The notes under the pieces are model-generated. The model worked only from the letters and a program-made list of their open reading frames with translations, did no database searches and was not told the origin of the DNA. A DNA stretch of 64,000 nt from a bacterium (GTDB lineage Bacteria > Chlamydiota > Chlamydiia > Chlamydiales > SM23-39), in assembly GCA_021781995.1 (NCBI GenBank), contig JAJXVT010000002.1, forward strand, positions 8,903-72,902, read 5' to 3'. Of this stretch, positions 17,404 to 27,752 are shown one piece after another (positions within the stretch are counted from its first letter, which is position 1; the number at the start of each line of letters is the position of its first letter). The translations under genes were made by a program, and so were the position numbers.

Positions 17404-18588
17404 TCAACCCCTAAGAGCGCGTAAAGAATCTTTTAGACCGTGCAAAAAAAGTTCTACATCTCGCTGTGTATTGTAAATACCAAATGAAATGCGCAGCGCC
17501 GCTTGCAGGCCAAACGCGCGTAGAGCAGGCTGGGCACATAAATGGCCGCTGCGCACTGCAATGTTTTTCAAATCGAGCATGGTGGCTAAATCCAAAGGAT
17601 GCACTCCTGGTATCGACAGCGTAGCCAAAGGCGCTTTGCCTGGACATGTCCCTAAAATGCGAACTCCTTCTACATTAGCCAACCCCTCCACAAGCAATCG
17701 ATACAGAGCCCCTTCGGCAGCGGCAATGGAGTCCCGGCCGATCGACTCTATGAAATCTAAAGCAGGTTTCAATCCAATCACAGAGGCAATGGATGGCGTC
17801 CCCGCTTCAAAGCGCAACGGGGGCATTGCGTAACTGGTGCGATCCAACCCAACATGAGAGATCATGTCCCCTCCGCCCTCAAGCGGGGGCATGACATTCA
17901 ATAACGCTTTTTTACCGTATAATACACCAACTCCAGTCGGACCATAACACTTATGTCCCGAAAAAGCGTAAAAATCGCAATCTAACGCCTGCACATCGAC
18001 AAGCATATGCGGCGCTGCCTGCGCTCCATCGACGACAAGTACTGCGCCGACTCTATGAGCGTCGGAGGCTATCCGGCGAATCGGCTGTACCGTTCCAGTC
18101 ACATTGGAAACATGTGCAACAGCGACTATTTTAGTCTTAGCGCAAATCAAGGTAGAAGGGTCGGCAGAGCCCTCCAGCGTCATGGGCGCAAAGCGCAGAA
18201 CCGCTCCGGTTTGCTCAGCCAACATTTGCCAAGGCACGAGATTAGAATGATGCTCCATTTCAGTTAAAACGATCTCATCGCCCGGGCGCAATATGCTTCT
18301 TCCCCACGAAAACGCAACTAAATTCAACGCTTCGGTCGTCCCTTGCGTAAAGACGATTTCATCCACAGATTGCGCATTGATAAAAGCGCGAACAGCTTCA
18401 CGAGATTGATGATATAAATCGCTTGCGATCGCCGCACCTCGATAAACCGCGCGATGAACGGTGGCATAATGTTCTGAATAAAAGCGGCTAATTGCATCTA
18501 CCACTTCTTTAGGTTTGTGCGTTGTCGCGGCCGAATCGAGGTAGACCAGATCGGGCTGATGCGTAAAAATAGGAAATCGATTCCTCAC
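17404..18588 (-). CDS. sufS: Cysteine desulfurase SufS
   Basis: Class V aminotransferase. PLP-Lys motif FSGHKCYGPTGVGVLYG. Catalytic Cys RSGHLCAQP. Last gene of sufBCDS. Confidence 0.9.
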   Translation of the reverse strand: MRNRFPIFTHQPDLVYLDSAATTHKPKEVVDAISRFYSEHYATVHRAVYRGAAIASDLYHQSREAVRAFINAQSVDEIVFTQGTTEALNLVAFSWGRSILRPGDEIVLTEMEHHSNLVPWQMLAEQTGAVLRFAPMTLEGSADPSTLICAKTKIVAVAHVSNVTGTVQPIRRIASDAHRVGAVLVVDGAQAAPHMLVDVQALDCDFYAFSGHKCYGPTGVGVLYGKKALLNVMPPLEGGGDMISHVGLDRTSYAMPPLRFEAGTPSIASVIGLKPALDFIESIGRDSIAAAEGALYRLLVEGLANVEGVRILGTCPGKAPLATLSIPGVHPLDLATMLDLKNIAVRSGHLCAQPALRAFGLQAALRISFGIYNTQRDVELFLHGLKDSLRALRG

Positions 18589-19745
18589 TGCAACATCCTT
18601 TGCATAGCCAAAAGCAAAGGACGCCGCAATTGCATCCTATCGATCGAATCGATCAAAGAGCGGCAAAACCCTTCCACTAAAAGTTGTTTAGCCTCCACAA
18701 CTCCGATTCCTCGTGCTCGCAAATAAAGCAGTTCATCTTCGCTCAACGTCGAAAATGTAGCGCCATGGCTTGCTTTTACATCATCAGCAAAAATTTCTAA
18801 ATTCGGTTTGGCGCTCGCATTGGCTGCATCGCTCAGCAATAAATTACGGCAACTTTGATAACTATTAGTTTTTTGAGCTTCGGGATGAACATAAATTTTT
18901 CCTTCAAAGCAAGATCTGCTATTGCCGTTGAGCGCGATTTTAATCTCTTGACGCGATGTGCAATCATAAGCTTTATGTTCTACGTGCGTCTGTATTTGCG
19001 CCTGCCGCTCAGCATGCAGCATCCCCAAGTGTCGCAATAAAGCAAAACTTTGAGGCTCTACCAACTCTATCCGATCCGATATACGCATTTGCTGAGCGCC
19101 TGAAGTAGCGCGAAAAATTTCTAAATGAGCCGCTGTTTTGACAGTCGCGCTTGCAGAGCAAAAAAACTGCGCCTGAGCGGGCAATAAAGCCAAATCAACC
19201 CACTGTACCCGAGCATCTTTTTCCAACACTAAATCCACGCTGCTATTGCAAATAATGCACGGATCTAATGTTTGAACTGTTTGAACAAATGACAACGCAG
19301 CTTTGCGGCCGATGGTTGCTTGCACTCGCGGCGCGGCAAGCTGTTTTTTGGTAAATACACAATGAATCTGCAAAATCGTTTCGCAGTGAAATTGCTCCGG
19401 CGCATATAAAAAAACACCTTCCGATTCGTGCAGCGCGTTGAGCAACACTAAAGGATCGCATTCCTCGCGAAAACGCTGATTCAAACGGTTGTGCAAAAAC
19501 AAACCATAAGACTTAAATGCAGCGCTCAGAGGCATGCAAACAAGTCCCTTAGGAAGCTGAGATAACGCCGGTTCAAAAAAACCATCGACAAACACCAAAT
19601 AATACGGACTAATCAGGTGATCTGCAAAAAGATCTTTATCAATCAAGCTGCGTTCAGCTGGCTCGGGCCATAATTTTTGCAATGCAAATAACGGAGAATC
19701 CTGCAGCTGCTTTAAGCGGGAATGAGCGATCGTTTTCCAACTCAT
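18585..19745 (-). CDS. sufD: Fe-S cluster assembly protein SufD
   Basis: Position between sufC and sufS, 4-nt and 1-nt overlaps, SufB/D-type C-terminus. Confidence 0.8.
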   Translation of the reverse strand: MSWKTIAHSRLKQLQDSPLFALQKLWPEPAERSLIDKDLFADHLISPYYLVFVDGFFEPALSQLPKGLVCMPLSAAFKSYGLFLHNRLNQRFREECDPLVLLNALHESEGVFLYAPEQFHCETILQIHCVFTKKQLAAPRVQATIGRKAALSFVQTVQTLDPCIICNSSVDLVLEKDARVQWVDLALLPAQAQFFCSASATVKTAAHLEIFRATSGAQQMRISDRIELVEPQSFALLRHLGMLHAERQAQIQTHVEHKAYDCTSRQEIKIALNGNSRSCFEGKIYVHPEAQKTNSYQSCRNLLLSDAANASAKPNLEIFADDVKASHGATFSTLSEDELLYLRARGIGVVEAKQLLVEGFCRSLIDSIDRMQLRRPLLLAMQRMLQ

Positions 19746-20479
19746 CAGCTATACCCTTTCGCTTCTAATTCCAATGCCAAAGAAGCATCGCCCGTCTGCA
19801 CAATGCGCCCATCTGTAAATACATGAACAAAATCAGGAGAGATATAGTCTAGCAATCTTTGATAATGAGTAATGACTAGCAACCCATTGTCTACCCGCTT
19901 CAAACGATTGACCCCTGCCGCCACGATTTTCATCGAATCGATATCTAATCCCGAATCGGTTTCATCTAAAATCGCAAGATCCGGATCAAATAACGACATC
20001 TGTAAAATCTCATTGCGTTTTTTTTCGCCGCCTGAAAACCCCTCATTGATCCCGCGCTCGATGAATTCTGGCTTCATTCCCATCGCTTGCATATGCTGTG
20101 TTAAAAATGAATCAAACTCTTCTTCGGATAAAGGCGGTAATTGCTTAGCTTTTCTATGAGCCGCGAGCGCCAACGCCAAAAAGCTGCGATTCGACACCCC
20201 TGCAATTTCTGCAGGATATTGAAAACTCATAAATAAACCAGAGCGAGCCCTTTCCTCAGGTGCCATTTCAAGCAAATTTTGTCCCTTGAACCAAACCTCT
20301 CCCTCAGTCACCTCAAAAGAAGGATCTCCCATTAAAACTTTAGCCAATGTGGACTTACCCGCTCCATTTGGACCCATAATGGCGTGCACTTTTCCGCGGC
20401 CGATGGATAAATCGACTCCTTTCAGGACCTGTTTTCCATTTACCGCTGCATGGAGATTACAAATTTGAATAAGTGGCAT
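19745..20479 (-). CDS. sufC: Fe-S cluster assembly ATPase SufC
   Basis: Walker A GPNGAGKST, ABC signature FSGGEKKRNE, Walker B LAILDETDSGLD. Confidence 0.95.
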   Translation of the reverse strand: MPLIQICNLHAAVNGKQVLKGVDLSIGRGKVHAIMGPNGAGKSTLAKVLMGDPSFEVTEGEVWFKGQNLLEMAPEERARSGLFMSFQYPAEIAGVSNRSFLALALAAHRKAKQLPPLSEEEFDSFLTQHMQAMGMKPEFIERGINEGFSGGEKKRNEILQMSLFDPDLAILDETDSGLDIDSMKIVAAGVNRLKRVDNGLLVITHYQRLLDYISPDFVHVFTDGRIVQTGDASLALELEAKGYS

Positions 20480-20480
20480 A

Positions 20481-21920
20481 TCAACCTACTGAATGTTCTA
20501 ATTTTAACGCTAAAAGTTTTTGCGCTTCGACTGCAAATTCCAAAGGCAGTTCGCGAATCACCTCTTTGCAAAACCCATTGACGATCAAATCAATCGCAGC
20601 TTCTTTATCTAGTCCTCGAGCCTGTAAATAAAAAACCTGTTCCTCATTGAGCTTAGATGTAGAAGCTTCATGCTCCACCTGAGCCGATGAATTGTTTACA
20701 TCAATGACAGGAAACGTATTGGCAGAGCAGCGATTGCCGACTAACATAGAATCGCACTGTGTATAATTGCGCGCGCCTTCTGCCTTGCGAGTAATTTTCA
20801 CCAATCCCCGATATGAATTGTGCGATTCATCTGCAGAGATTCCCTTCGAAACGATTGTAGAACGAGTGTTTTTACCTACATGCAGCATCTTGGTTCCCGT
20901 ATCAGCTTGCATTTTACCATTTGTCAAAGCCACCGAATAAAATTCTCCGACCGAATGGTCCCCTCGCAAAATACAACTCGGATATTTCCACGTGATAGCC
21001 GCTCCTGCCTCCACCTGCGTCCACGAAATTTTCGAATGAACTCCCGCACAAAGACCTCGCTTAGTGACAAAGTTGTAAATCCCCCCTTTGCCGCTCTTAG
21101 GATCGCCCGCATACCAATTCTGCACCGTCGAATATTTAATCTCCGCTCGATCCAACGCGACTAATTCCACGACCGCCGCATGCAGTTGATTCGTATCGTA
21201 CGCAGGGGCCGTGCATCCTTCGAGGTAACTTACATAAGAATCCTCTTCTGCAATGATCAATGTCCGTTCAAATTGCCCCGTCTCTTTTTCATTAATGCGA
21301 AAATAAGTCGATAGCTCCAAAGGACTTCTAACCCCTTTTGGAATGTAAACAAAAGAACCATCTGAAAATACAGCTGAATTAAGCGCGGCAAAAAAGTTAT
21401 CATGAGCCGGAACTACCGTTCCTAAATATTTTTCTACCAATTCCGGATATTTATGCACCGCCTCTGAAATCGAGCAAAGAATCACTCCAGCCTCTTGCAA
21501 AGTCTTGCGGAACGTCGTCCCAATTGAAACCGAATCAAAAACTACATCTACAGCCACATTAGATAGCCGCTTTTGCTCATCTAAAGGAATGCCCAACTTC
21601 TCAAACGTCTTGATAATCTCAGGATCGACCTCTTCCAAGCTCTCTAGCCTCGGCTTAGACTTAGGCTCCGAATAATAGGAAATCATTTGATAATCGATCT
21701 GCGGATAAAAACCATTGAGCCAATGAGGCTCCTTCATTTCCAGCCACTTACGAAACGCCTTCAAGCGAAATTCAAGTAAAAAAGCAGGTTCCTTTTTTTT
21801 CGCCGAGATAGAACGGATCACCTCTTCGCTCAAGCCTTTAGGAAAAACGTCTGATTCAACGGCCGTCGTAAAGCCATATTTGTAATCGCTAGCAGTAAAA
21901 GAACCCATCATCTCCCGCAA
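20481..21920 (-). CDS. sufB: Fe-S cluster assembly scaffold SufB
   Basis: 479 aa. Conserved SufB blocks ([42 protein letters not shown]). Confidence 0.9.
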   Translation of the reverse strand: MREMMGSFTASDYKYGFTTAVESDVFPKGLSEEVIRSISAKKKEPAFLLEFRLKAFRKWLEMKEPHWLNGFYPQIDYQMISYYSEPKSKPRLESLEEVDPEIIKTFEKLGIPLDEQKRLSNVAVDVVFDSVSIGTTFRKTLQEAGVILCSISEAVHKYPELVEKYLGTVVPAHDNFFAALNSAVFSDGSFVYIPKGVRSPLELSTYFRINEKETGQFERTLIIAEEDSYVSYLEGCTAPAYDTNQLHAAVVELVALDRAEIKYSTVQNWYAGDPKSGKGGIYNFVTKRGLCAGVHSKISWTQVEAGAAITWKYPSCILRGDHSVGEFYSVALTNGKMQADTGTKMLHVGKNTRSTIVSKGISADESHNSYRGLVKITRKAEGARNYTQCDSMLVGNRCSANTFPVIDVNNSSAQVEHEASTSKLNEEQVFYLQARGLDKEAAIDLIVNGFCKEVIRELPLEFAVEAQKLLALKLEHSVG

Positions 21921-22047
21921 AATGTGACAGCATTATATCCCAAAGCAATCTCCTTGTCAATTTTTCAAGCAACTAGCTATAAACAATTAACGATATTATA
22001 TAATAATAAATCCGAAGTTTACTATAATAAAGTCATTGGAGGCAATT

Positions 22048-22344
22048 ATGAAAGAATTACCATCCCACGAATTGCCGATTCGTTCAAAAGTATTCATGGC
22101 ACAAGAAATCGGAGAGATCATTAGCTGTCTGCACAAAGGTCAGCGAAGCACGGCCGATCTTTTGATCGAAGATCTTAAAATACGCTCGATTTATTTAGGA
22201 GAGCAAATTCAGCAAGACGTGTTGATATTTGCTGAGCAAGTGCAATTTCAATATGATTACGACCCTTGGCATAAAGTAACAGACCAAGTAGAAAAAGCGG
22301 CAAATCGACTCATAGACGACCTTGGGTTCCACCGTCCACATTAG
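22048..22344 (+). CDS. Hypothetical protein, 98 aa
   Basis: GGAGG 5 nt upstream of ATG 22048 (track start TTG 22036). Divergent from sufB. Confidence 0.5.
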   Translation: MKELPSHELPIRSKVFMAQEIGEIISCLHKGQRSTADLLIEDLKIRSIYLGEQIQQDVLIFAEQVQFQYDYDPWHKVTDQVEKAANRLIDDLGFHRPH

Positions 22345-22415
22345 AAAATGCGTTTATACATAGTGTAATTGCGCTTCGTTTTAAGGAGAGTCGTGCTGAT
22401 GACCAAGTCTGCAGT

Positions 22416-23210
22416 TTACTTGGATATAATCTGCCTATGCATGATATAAAATGCCCGAAGGAAAGAGAAGCCTGAAAAACCATTCAGCAATCCCAATACC
22501 ACGATCAACTTTCCTACCATCCAGGCGCTACTTCCTTTCAATGCCAACAGTGAAACAGCTGTCGGAGCTATATAGAAAAGAAAACAACCAAATGCCGCCT
22601 TCGCAACAGCAGCCGCCAAAGATTGTATAAAATATTTACGTTCAACAGATTGAATGGCGTCTCTAACCTGAGGCGATCCAGCGCAAATCGTCGTACTTAA
22701 CATCATAATGCCCTGCAATGACTGCTGAGCTGATATCAGCCATTTATCTCCCGGAAGCAATATATGCGCTACTTTAGATGCATTGCTTTTTTTGGCTGAT
22801 CGAGCGAGCGGCTCAGTATCTAAAAGAGCCACCCTACCATCATGTGTAAAGAAAAAATTGTTATAGCTCAAATCAGTTAAGCCCGCATTCCATGATAATT
22901 CAGCTAATGTACGTGCCTGTACCACCGTCAATGCCTGCTCTCGGGCAGGGTCTCCACTTTCAGCAAATGCACGAGCGCATTGACCAGAGAAAAAACCTTC
23001 AGAACCAAGTCCGCTCCTAGCTTTATCATCGTTATGACCATAAAACCTCCTCAGTCCCTCTCTAGGAGCTACTGCATCGGATAGATCCAGTTTAGAAGCT
23101 ACTACATAATATCCATCTGTAGAGGCTTGAACTAAATATTTTTGAATTTTAGCCGCTTTCCGTACGCGATACAAATGCATATCTGGGGCAAAAAACTCCA
23201 TCATCCACAT
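22416..23210 (-). CDS. Membrane protein with kinase-like (APH/ChoK-type) catalytic motif and C-terminal bilobed hydrophobic (Inc-like) domain
   Basis: GLTDLSYNNFFFTHDGRVALLDTEP resembles Brenner-type D....N ... D.E. C-terminal AAAVAKAAFGCFLFYIAPTAVSLLAL-KGSS-AWMVGKLIVVLGLLNGFSGFSFL. Confidence 0.45.
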   Translation of the reverse strand: MWMMEFFAPDMHLYRVRKAAKIQKYLVQASTDGYYVVASKLDLSDAVAPREGLRRFYGHNDDKARSGLGSEGFFSGQCARAFAESGDPAREQALTVVQARTLAELSWNAGLTDLSYNNFFFTHDGRVALLDTEPLARSAKKSNASKVAHILLPGDKWLISAQQSLQGIMMLSTTICAGSPQVRDAIQSVERKYFIQSLAAAVAKAAFGCFLFYIAPTAVSLLALKGSSAWMVGKLIVVLGLLNGFSGFSFLRAFYIMHRQIISK

Positions 23211-23490
23211 AGTAGATTTAGATGTCTGCTCATCACCTGGAAATGTTTTTCTGGCTCGTTTAATAACTCAATTATGCCCCGGATCGATAAACACGTGCAG
23301 TTCGGCTTGGTCTCGAAAGGCCTGTTCGGCGGCGGCCACCGCCCTGTGAATCGCCGAAGAGCTCTCTGGAGGCAACTGCATATGCGGCAAAAATTTTGAT
23401 TTGATAGGAGCTGCAGACGACATAGTTAAGATCCATATTTGGTTATTTCGCATCAAGTATAACAAAAAAAACAATAAAAACCAAATAGAT

Positions 23491-24474
23491 TCAATGCAAA
23501 CAAGAAAACAATGAAACCGTTTTTTGTAATCCAGATTGCAAATCTATACTCGGCGTCCATCCCAAATCACGGGAAATTTTTGAAAAATCAATTGCGTAAC
23601 GAAAATCGTGACCCGGGCGATCATCCACAAAATGGATCAATTGCAGATACTGCTCGCGATGGCAGCCTGTATGCTGCGCGAGTGCATCAATCAACGTATG
23701 GGCAAGGTTTAAATTAGACAGTTCTTCACCGCCGCCGATATCATACGTTTCGCCTGGTTTTCCCTTATCAAGAATTTGCCAAATCGCTTCAACATGATCA
23801 TCGACATACAACCAATCGCGAACATTATCGCCACGTCCATAAATTGGAATTGGTTTACCTTCTATACAGCAGGTAAGCAATCTCGGAATGAATTTCTCGG
23901 GGTGTTGAAAGGGTCCATAATTATTAGAACAATGAGAAATAGTCGCGTAAATACCATAGGTTTGTATATAAGCGCGCACCAAATGGTCCGCTGCAGCTTT
24001 TGATGCCGAATAAGGCGAATTCGGGCGATAAGGCGACTGTTCGGAAAATTCTCCTTCTTTTCCCAGAGCGCCATACACCTCGTCTGTCGAAACATGATGA
24101 AACCGGATATGTCGATGGCGGCGAATCACTTCTAAAAGAAGCATCGTCCCCTTTACATTGGCCTCAATAAAAGGCAAAGCAGATTCAATACTTCGATCCA
24201 CATGGGTCTCAGCGGCAAAATGGACAATTGCATCAATATGTTCTTTTTGACACACGCTCTCCACTAAAGAAAAATCGTTGATATCGCCTTGTACAAAACG
24301 ATAACGCCAATCGCGCTCGACCGCTTGCAAACTGCGTGGATTAGCAGCATAAGTCAACGCATCGAAATTGATTATTTTGCCAAAAAAATCTGCCCTATCT
24401 AGCATTTTGCGGATAAACGCCGACCCAATAAACCCGCAGCCTCCCGTAACGAGAAAATTACGATGCATAACCAT
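23491..24474 (-). CDS. rfbB: dTDP-glucose 4,6-dehydratase
   Basis: TGGCGFIGS Rossmann motif, YSASKAAADHL catalytic YxxxK, 327 aa. Confidence 0.9.
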   Translation of the reverse strand: MVMHRNFLVTGGCGFIGSAFIRKMLDRADFFGKIINFDALTYAANPRSLQAVERDWRYRFVQGDINDFSLVESVCQKEHIDAIVHFAAETHVDRSIESALPFIEANVKGTMLLLEVIRRHRHIRFHHVSTDEVYGALGKEGEFSEQSPYRPNSPYSASKAAADHLVRAYIQTYGIYATISHCSNNYGPFQHPEKFIPRLLTCCIEGKPIPIYGRGDNVRDWLYVDDHVEAIWQILDKGKPGETYDIGGGEELSNLNLAHTLIDALAQHTGCHREQYLQLIHFVDDRPGHDFRYAIDFSKISRDLGWTPSIDLQSGLQKTVSLFSCLH

Positions 24475-25315
24475 CCAAATAATCTATTAAAGCATCTTTC
24501 CAATGACGCGGCGCTGCTCCGAGAACTTTTTGTATTTTCTGTGTATCGAGCGGCGAAAACGCGGGTCTTTGAGCAGCTGCAGCAAACGCGCTGCTTTTTA
24601 CCGGCTCGATCGATCGACAGCGAAGAGAAAAACCACGCTGCAGAGCTTCTTCCTGAATGATTTGCGTAAATTCATATTTATTACTCACCCCGGAATTTGC
24701 AAAATGATACACCCCCGCACCATCTGCCATCTGCACCATTGCTAAAACTAGATCTGGTGCATAAGTGTAACGGCTTACTTGATCAAAAACGATATCCAAT
24801 CTTTCTTTTTCCTGCAGCCACTGCAATACCTTGACGGCAAAATTTTTACCTCCTTGGCCGAATACCCACGATGTGCGGATAATACAAGCCGCGGGGTAAA
24901 TGTTTTGCAAGCATTTTTCCCCTTCTAACTTCGTCCACCCATAATAATTGCACGGACTAGGTTCGTCTTCTTCTGTTAACAATCGATCTCCGCATCCAGA
25001 AAACACATAGTCCGTCGACAAATGGAGGAGTTTGATGCCCTTTTCTGAAGCTACCTTACCCAATACATGCGGCCCTTGAACATTATCTCTTAAAGCTTTT
25101 TCGCGACAGCTTTCCGCTAAATCAACGGCAGAAAAAGCAGCACAATTAAAAATATGAGTAAACGGCCCATTTTTCTCGATGAACAAGCGAACTTGCGCCT
25201 CATCTGCAATATCTACCTCGCGCCCCGACCCAACACAATCGGCCACGCGCTGCAAAACATGCCCGCCAACCAAGCCTTTAGCTCCGGTAACCCACACTTT
25301 CACCGAACACCTCAT
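24458..25315 (-). CDS. rfbD: dTDP-4-dehydrorhamnose reductase
   Basis: VTGAKGLVG N-terminus and RmlD-type length. True start may be the GTG at 25303 (VKVWVTGA). Confidence 0.8.
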   Translation of the reverse strand: MRCSVKVWVTGAKGLVGGHVLQRVADCVGSGREVDIADEAQVRLFIEKNGPFTHIFNCAAFSAVDLAESCREKALRDNVQGPHVLGKVASEKGIKLLHLSTDYVFSGCGDRLLTEEDEPSPCNYYGWTKLEGEKCLQNIYPAACIIRTSWVFGQGGKNFAVKVLQWLQEKERLDIVFDQVSRYTYAPDLVLAMVQMADGAGVYHFANSGVSNKYEFTQIIQEEALQRGFSLRCRSIEPVKSSAFAAAAQRPAFSPLDTQKIQKVLGAAPRHWKDALIDYLDGYAS

Positions 25316-25829
25316 GTAAAAATGGACTCATTTGATCGCGCAAAGATAAAATCGGCTCGCTAACAGGCCATTGAATACCAATATCCGGATCATTCCAACG
25401 GATTGATTTTTCGTGGGCCGCATCATACAAGGAACTCACCCGGTAATGCACTAGCGCAGTTTCACTAAGCGCGCAGTATCCATGCGCAAATCCAATCGGA
25501 ATAAAAAAAAATGAAGGGTTTGACTCGTCTAAAATCACAGCTTCCCATTGCCCAAATGTCTTCGAAAACGGCCGTAAATCAACGGCCACGTCAAAAATCT
25601 TCCCCCGAGAACAAGAAATAAGTTTCGCTTGCCCAGGAACGTCTTGATAATGCAACCCTCGAATGACATTTTGCTTAGAAAACGAACTATTATCCTGAAC
25701 AAAACAAGGCAGTCCAAGACTAGTAAAAAGGGGCTCCTTATAACTTTCGAAAAAGTAACCCCTGTCGTCGTGAAAAACAATCGGCTTGAACAACTTCAAA
25801 CCATCGATACGCAAAGACCTGACTTCCAT
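25278..25829 (-). CDS. rfbC: dTDP-4-dehydrorhamnose 3,5-epimerase
   Basis: F.D.RG.F.E......F......F.Q.N.S.S....IRGLHYQ and GFAHGY cupin motifs. Confidence 0.9.
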   Translation of the reverse strand: MEVRSLRIDGLKLFKPIVFHDDRGYFFESYKEPLFTSLGLPCFVQDNSSFSKQNVIRGLHYQDVPGQAKLISCSRGKIFDVAVDLRPFSKTFGQWEAVILDESNPSFFFIPIGFAHGYCALSETALVHYRVSSLYDAAHEKSIRWNDPDIGIQWPVSEPILSLRDQMSPFLHEVFGESVGYRS

Positions 25830-25856
25830 AATGGACGTCAGTTTCTACTAAAATGA

Positions 25857-25884
25857 TTTTTTGAGGCAAATGTAAAACTGCTTT
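25857..25884. repeat. Possible degenerate fragment of the interspersed repeat
   Basis: TTTTTTGAGGCAAATGTAAAACTGCTTT resembles the TTTTGAGGGCA and AATTGCAAAACTGCTT parts of the element at 28043-28120. Confidence 0.3.
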
Positions 25885-25899
25885 ACCCATGAAAAATCT

Positions 25900-26655
25900 T
25901 CAAGATTTGAGTGCCACAACAGTTGCATTGCGGCCTGTATCTTTATCCAATCGATAAGAAAAATAATCATCTGTGCTGCAGTAAGTGCAAATGCCTGCCA
26001 CCTCAATATTTTTCTCTAAGACGCCGCATTTGGCTAACTGCATTTTGCTAATGCTCCAAAAATCAAAGTAAAATGGCTTGCTTTGAAAATCCCAAAAATC
26101 TTTCGGCAGTTCATGCTTATAATTTTTAAACTCTGCATGATCCGGACCTAAAGAAGGAGAAATACAAACTACTAAATTATGAGGTTGGGTCCCTAACTCG
26201 CGGCGCATCGTATCGATTAAACGAGCGTAAATATTTTGCACACTTCCTCGCCAGCCCGAGTGAGCCACAGCGATCGCCTCATGAACCGGATCGTAAAAAA
26301 TCGCAGCCTGGCAGTCAGCATGCGCCACGCCCAAGCCAACCCCTTTTTCGGTCGTATACAATGCATCAGCCTGCGGCGCATCATCAGCATTTTTTGCAGT
26401 CACGCGACTTACATTAACGCCATGGGTTTGATGAGGGTAAACCACTTTTGAAACGCCCAGAGCTTTGCGCACCAATTCTCGATTTACTTTAATGTTTTCC
26501 GGCTTATCGGCGGTATCGCCCGAACCGAGATTTAAAGTTTTAAAAGGTGCTGGACTTACTCCCCCATGACGGGAAAACGTCCCATGCAATACATGAGGAA
26601 ATTTCTCAAGCAATTCATATTCCAACCATTCTAACTTCTCTTTGCCAAATTCCAT
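25900..26655 (-). CDS. pgeF: YfiH/PgeF family (peptidoglycan editing factor, laccase-domain) protein
   Basis: Motifs HQTHG, HADC, AHSGWRG. Confidence 0.85.
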   Translation of the reverse strand: MEFGKEKLEWLEYELLEKFPHVLHGTFSRHGGVSPAPFKTLNLGSGDTADKPENIKVNRELVRKALGVSKVVYPHQTHGVNVSRVTAKNADDAPQADALYTTEKGVGLGVAHADCQAAIFYDPVHEAIAVAHSGWRGSVQNIYARLIDTMRRELGTQPHNLVVCISPSLGPDHAEFKNYKHELPKDFWDFQSKPFYFDFWSISKMQLAKCGVLEKNIEVAGICTYCSTDDYFSYRLDKDTGRNATVVALKS

Positions 26656-26730
26656 ATGCGATCCTCCATTTTCCCCTTACTACCAAAATCGGATTTGAGT
26701 TAACAGAAAATTTGATAACATGAGTCAGCA

Positions 26731-26792
26731 GAAAAAGAACTTTTCCCGTAAAGAATCGTTTTTAACGGGCTAAACAATTTTACAATCGACTC
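26731..26792. repeat. Interspersed repeat core copy
   Basis: CGTTTTTAACGGGCTAAACAATTTTACAATCGACTC aligns with 28714-28750 (GATTTTAACGGGGGAAATGAGTTTTGCAATCGACTC). Preceded by hairpin GAAAA-AGAAC-TTTTC. Confidence 0.6.
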
Positions 26793-26813
26793 AACCAGAT
26801 AGGATTTTTGCCT

Positions 26814-27731
26814 ATGTCCCAAACATCTTCTTCAAAATTATCTCTCGGCATTGCCATTACACTAATCGCCTATCTCTTTTTTTCTGCGGCTTCTTCCCTT
26901 GTTTGGAATTTTCAAGGAAAATTTCCCACTATCCAAATTATTTTCATCCAAAACGTCGTCGCTTTTTTTACCATACTGCCCATTTCTCTTCGCCGCGGTT
27001 GGCGATATATGAAAACTAAAAATCTGCATTTGCATCTGCTTCGGGATTTATTTGGCCTTGTCAGCTATTTTTTATTTTTTTTGGCGATACGTTTTTTAAA
27101 TCTCGTCGATGCCACAACCCTAAATTATACTTCGCCTTTTTTCGTTCCGTTTGTTTGGTGGATTTGGATGAAAGAAAAATTCGACTCTCAGATTTGGTGG
27201 TTGATTATCGTTGGATTTATTGGGGTTGCACTCATTCTCAACCCAACTAAAGAAATTTTCGATCTTGGATTTGTCTTTGGAATTTTTGCGGGCATTACCT
27301 CAGCAATTGCCTTGGTCTCCATCCGCATTCTCAACGTCCACCAAGAGCCTATGAGCCGAACGCTTTTTTATTTCTTTGCAGTCTCCACCCTTCTCAGCTT
27401 TCCATTTGCCTGGGCATCTTGGGTTCCTCCGATGGGTAGCGAATGGGTGCTTTGCGCGCTCATTGGATCGGCTACGGCGCTCGGTCAAATAGCCCTTACC
27501 ATCGCCTATCGTTATGGCACGGCGTCATACCTATCCCCACTGGGCTATTCGGTCGTAATCTACAATGGGCTGATTAGTTATTACTTATTTGATATGCCTC
27601 TGAGTTGGCGCTCATTTCTTGGAGCTCTTCTCATTGTCGTCAGCGGAACGATAACTTACGTGTGGAAGCGAAAAGCGCACACCGTCAAAGAAACTTTTCA
27701 AACTCCGCAAAAAGAAAAGCCCCCCATGTAA
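26814..27731 (+). CDS. EamA/DMT-superfamily transporter (10 TM)
   Basis: Two EamA-like halves, about 10 hydrophobic segments. ATG 26814 preferred over TTG 26808. Confidence 0.8.
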   Translation: MSQTSSSKLSLGIAITLIAYLFFSAASSLVWNFQGKFPTIQIIFIQNVVAFFTILPISLRRGWRYMKTKNLHLHLLRDLFGLVSYFLFFLAIRFLNLVDATTLNYTSPFFVPFVWWIWMKEKFDSQIWWLIIVGFIGVALILNPTKEIFDLGFVFGIFAGITSAIALVSIRILNVHQEPMSRTLFYFFAVSTLLSFPFAWASWVPPMGSEWVLCALIGSATALGQIALTIAYRYGTASYLSPLGYSVVIYNGLISYYLFDMPLSWRSFLGALLIVVSGTITYVWKRKAHTVKETFQTPQKEKPPM

Positions 27732-27752
27732 CAAGGACAGGGGAGCTTCCAT

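Noticed and set aside
23268-23474. 68-aa ORF ending ...VFIDPGHN, which looked at first like the IDPGHGG start of an Amidase_3 (AmiA/CwlD) domain fragment
   Set aside because: Only five residues match and nothing downstream resembles an amidase. I kept it only as the possible upstream part of the in-frame-TGA observation.
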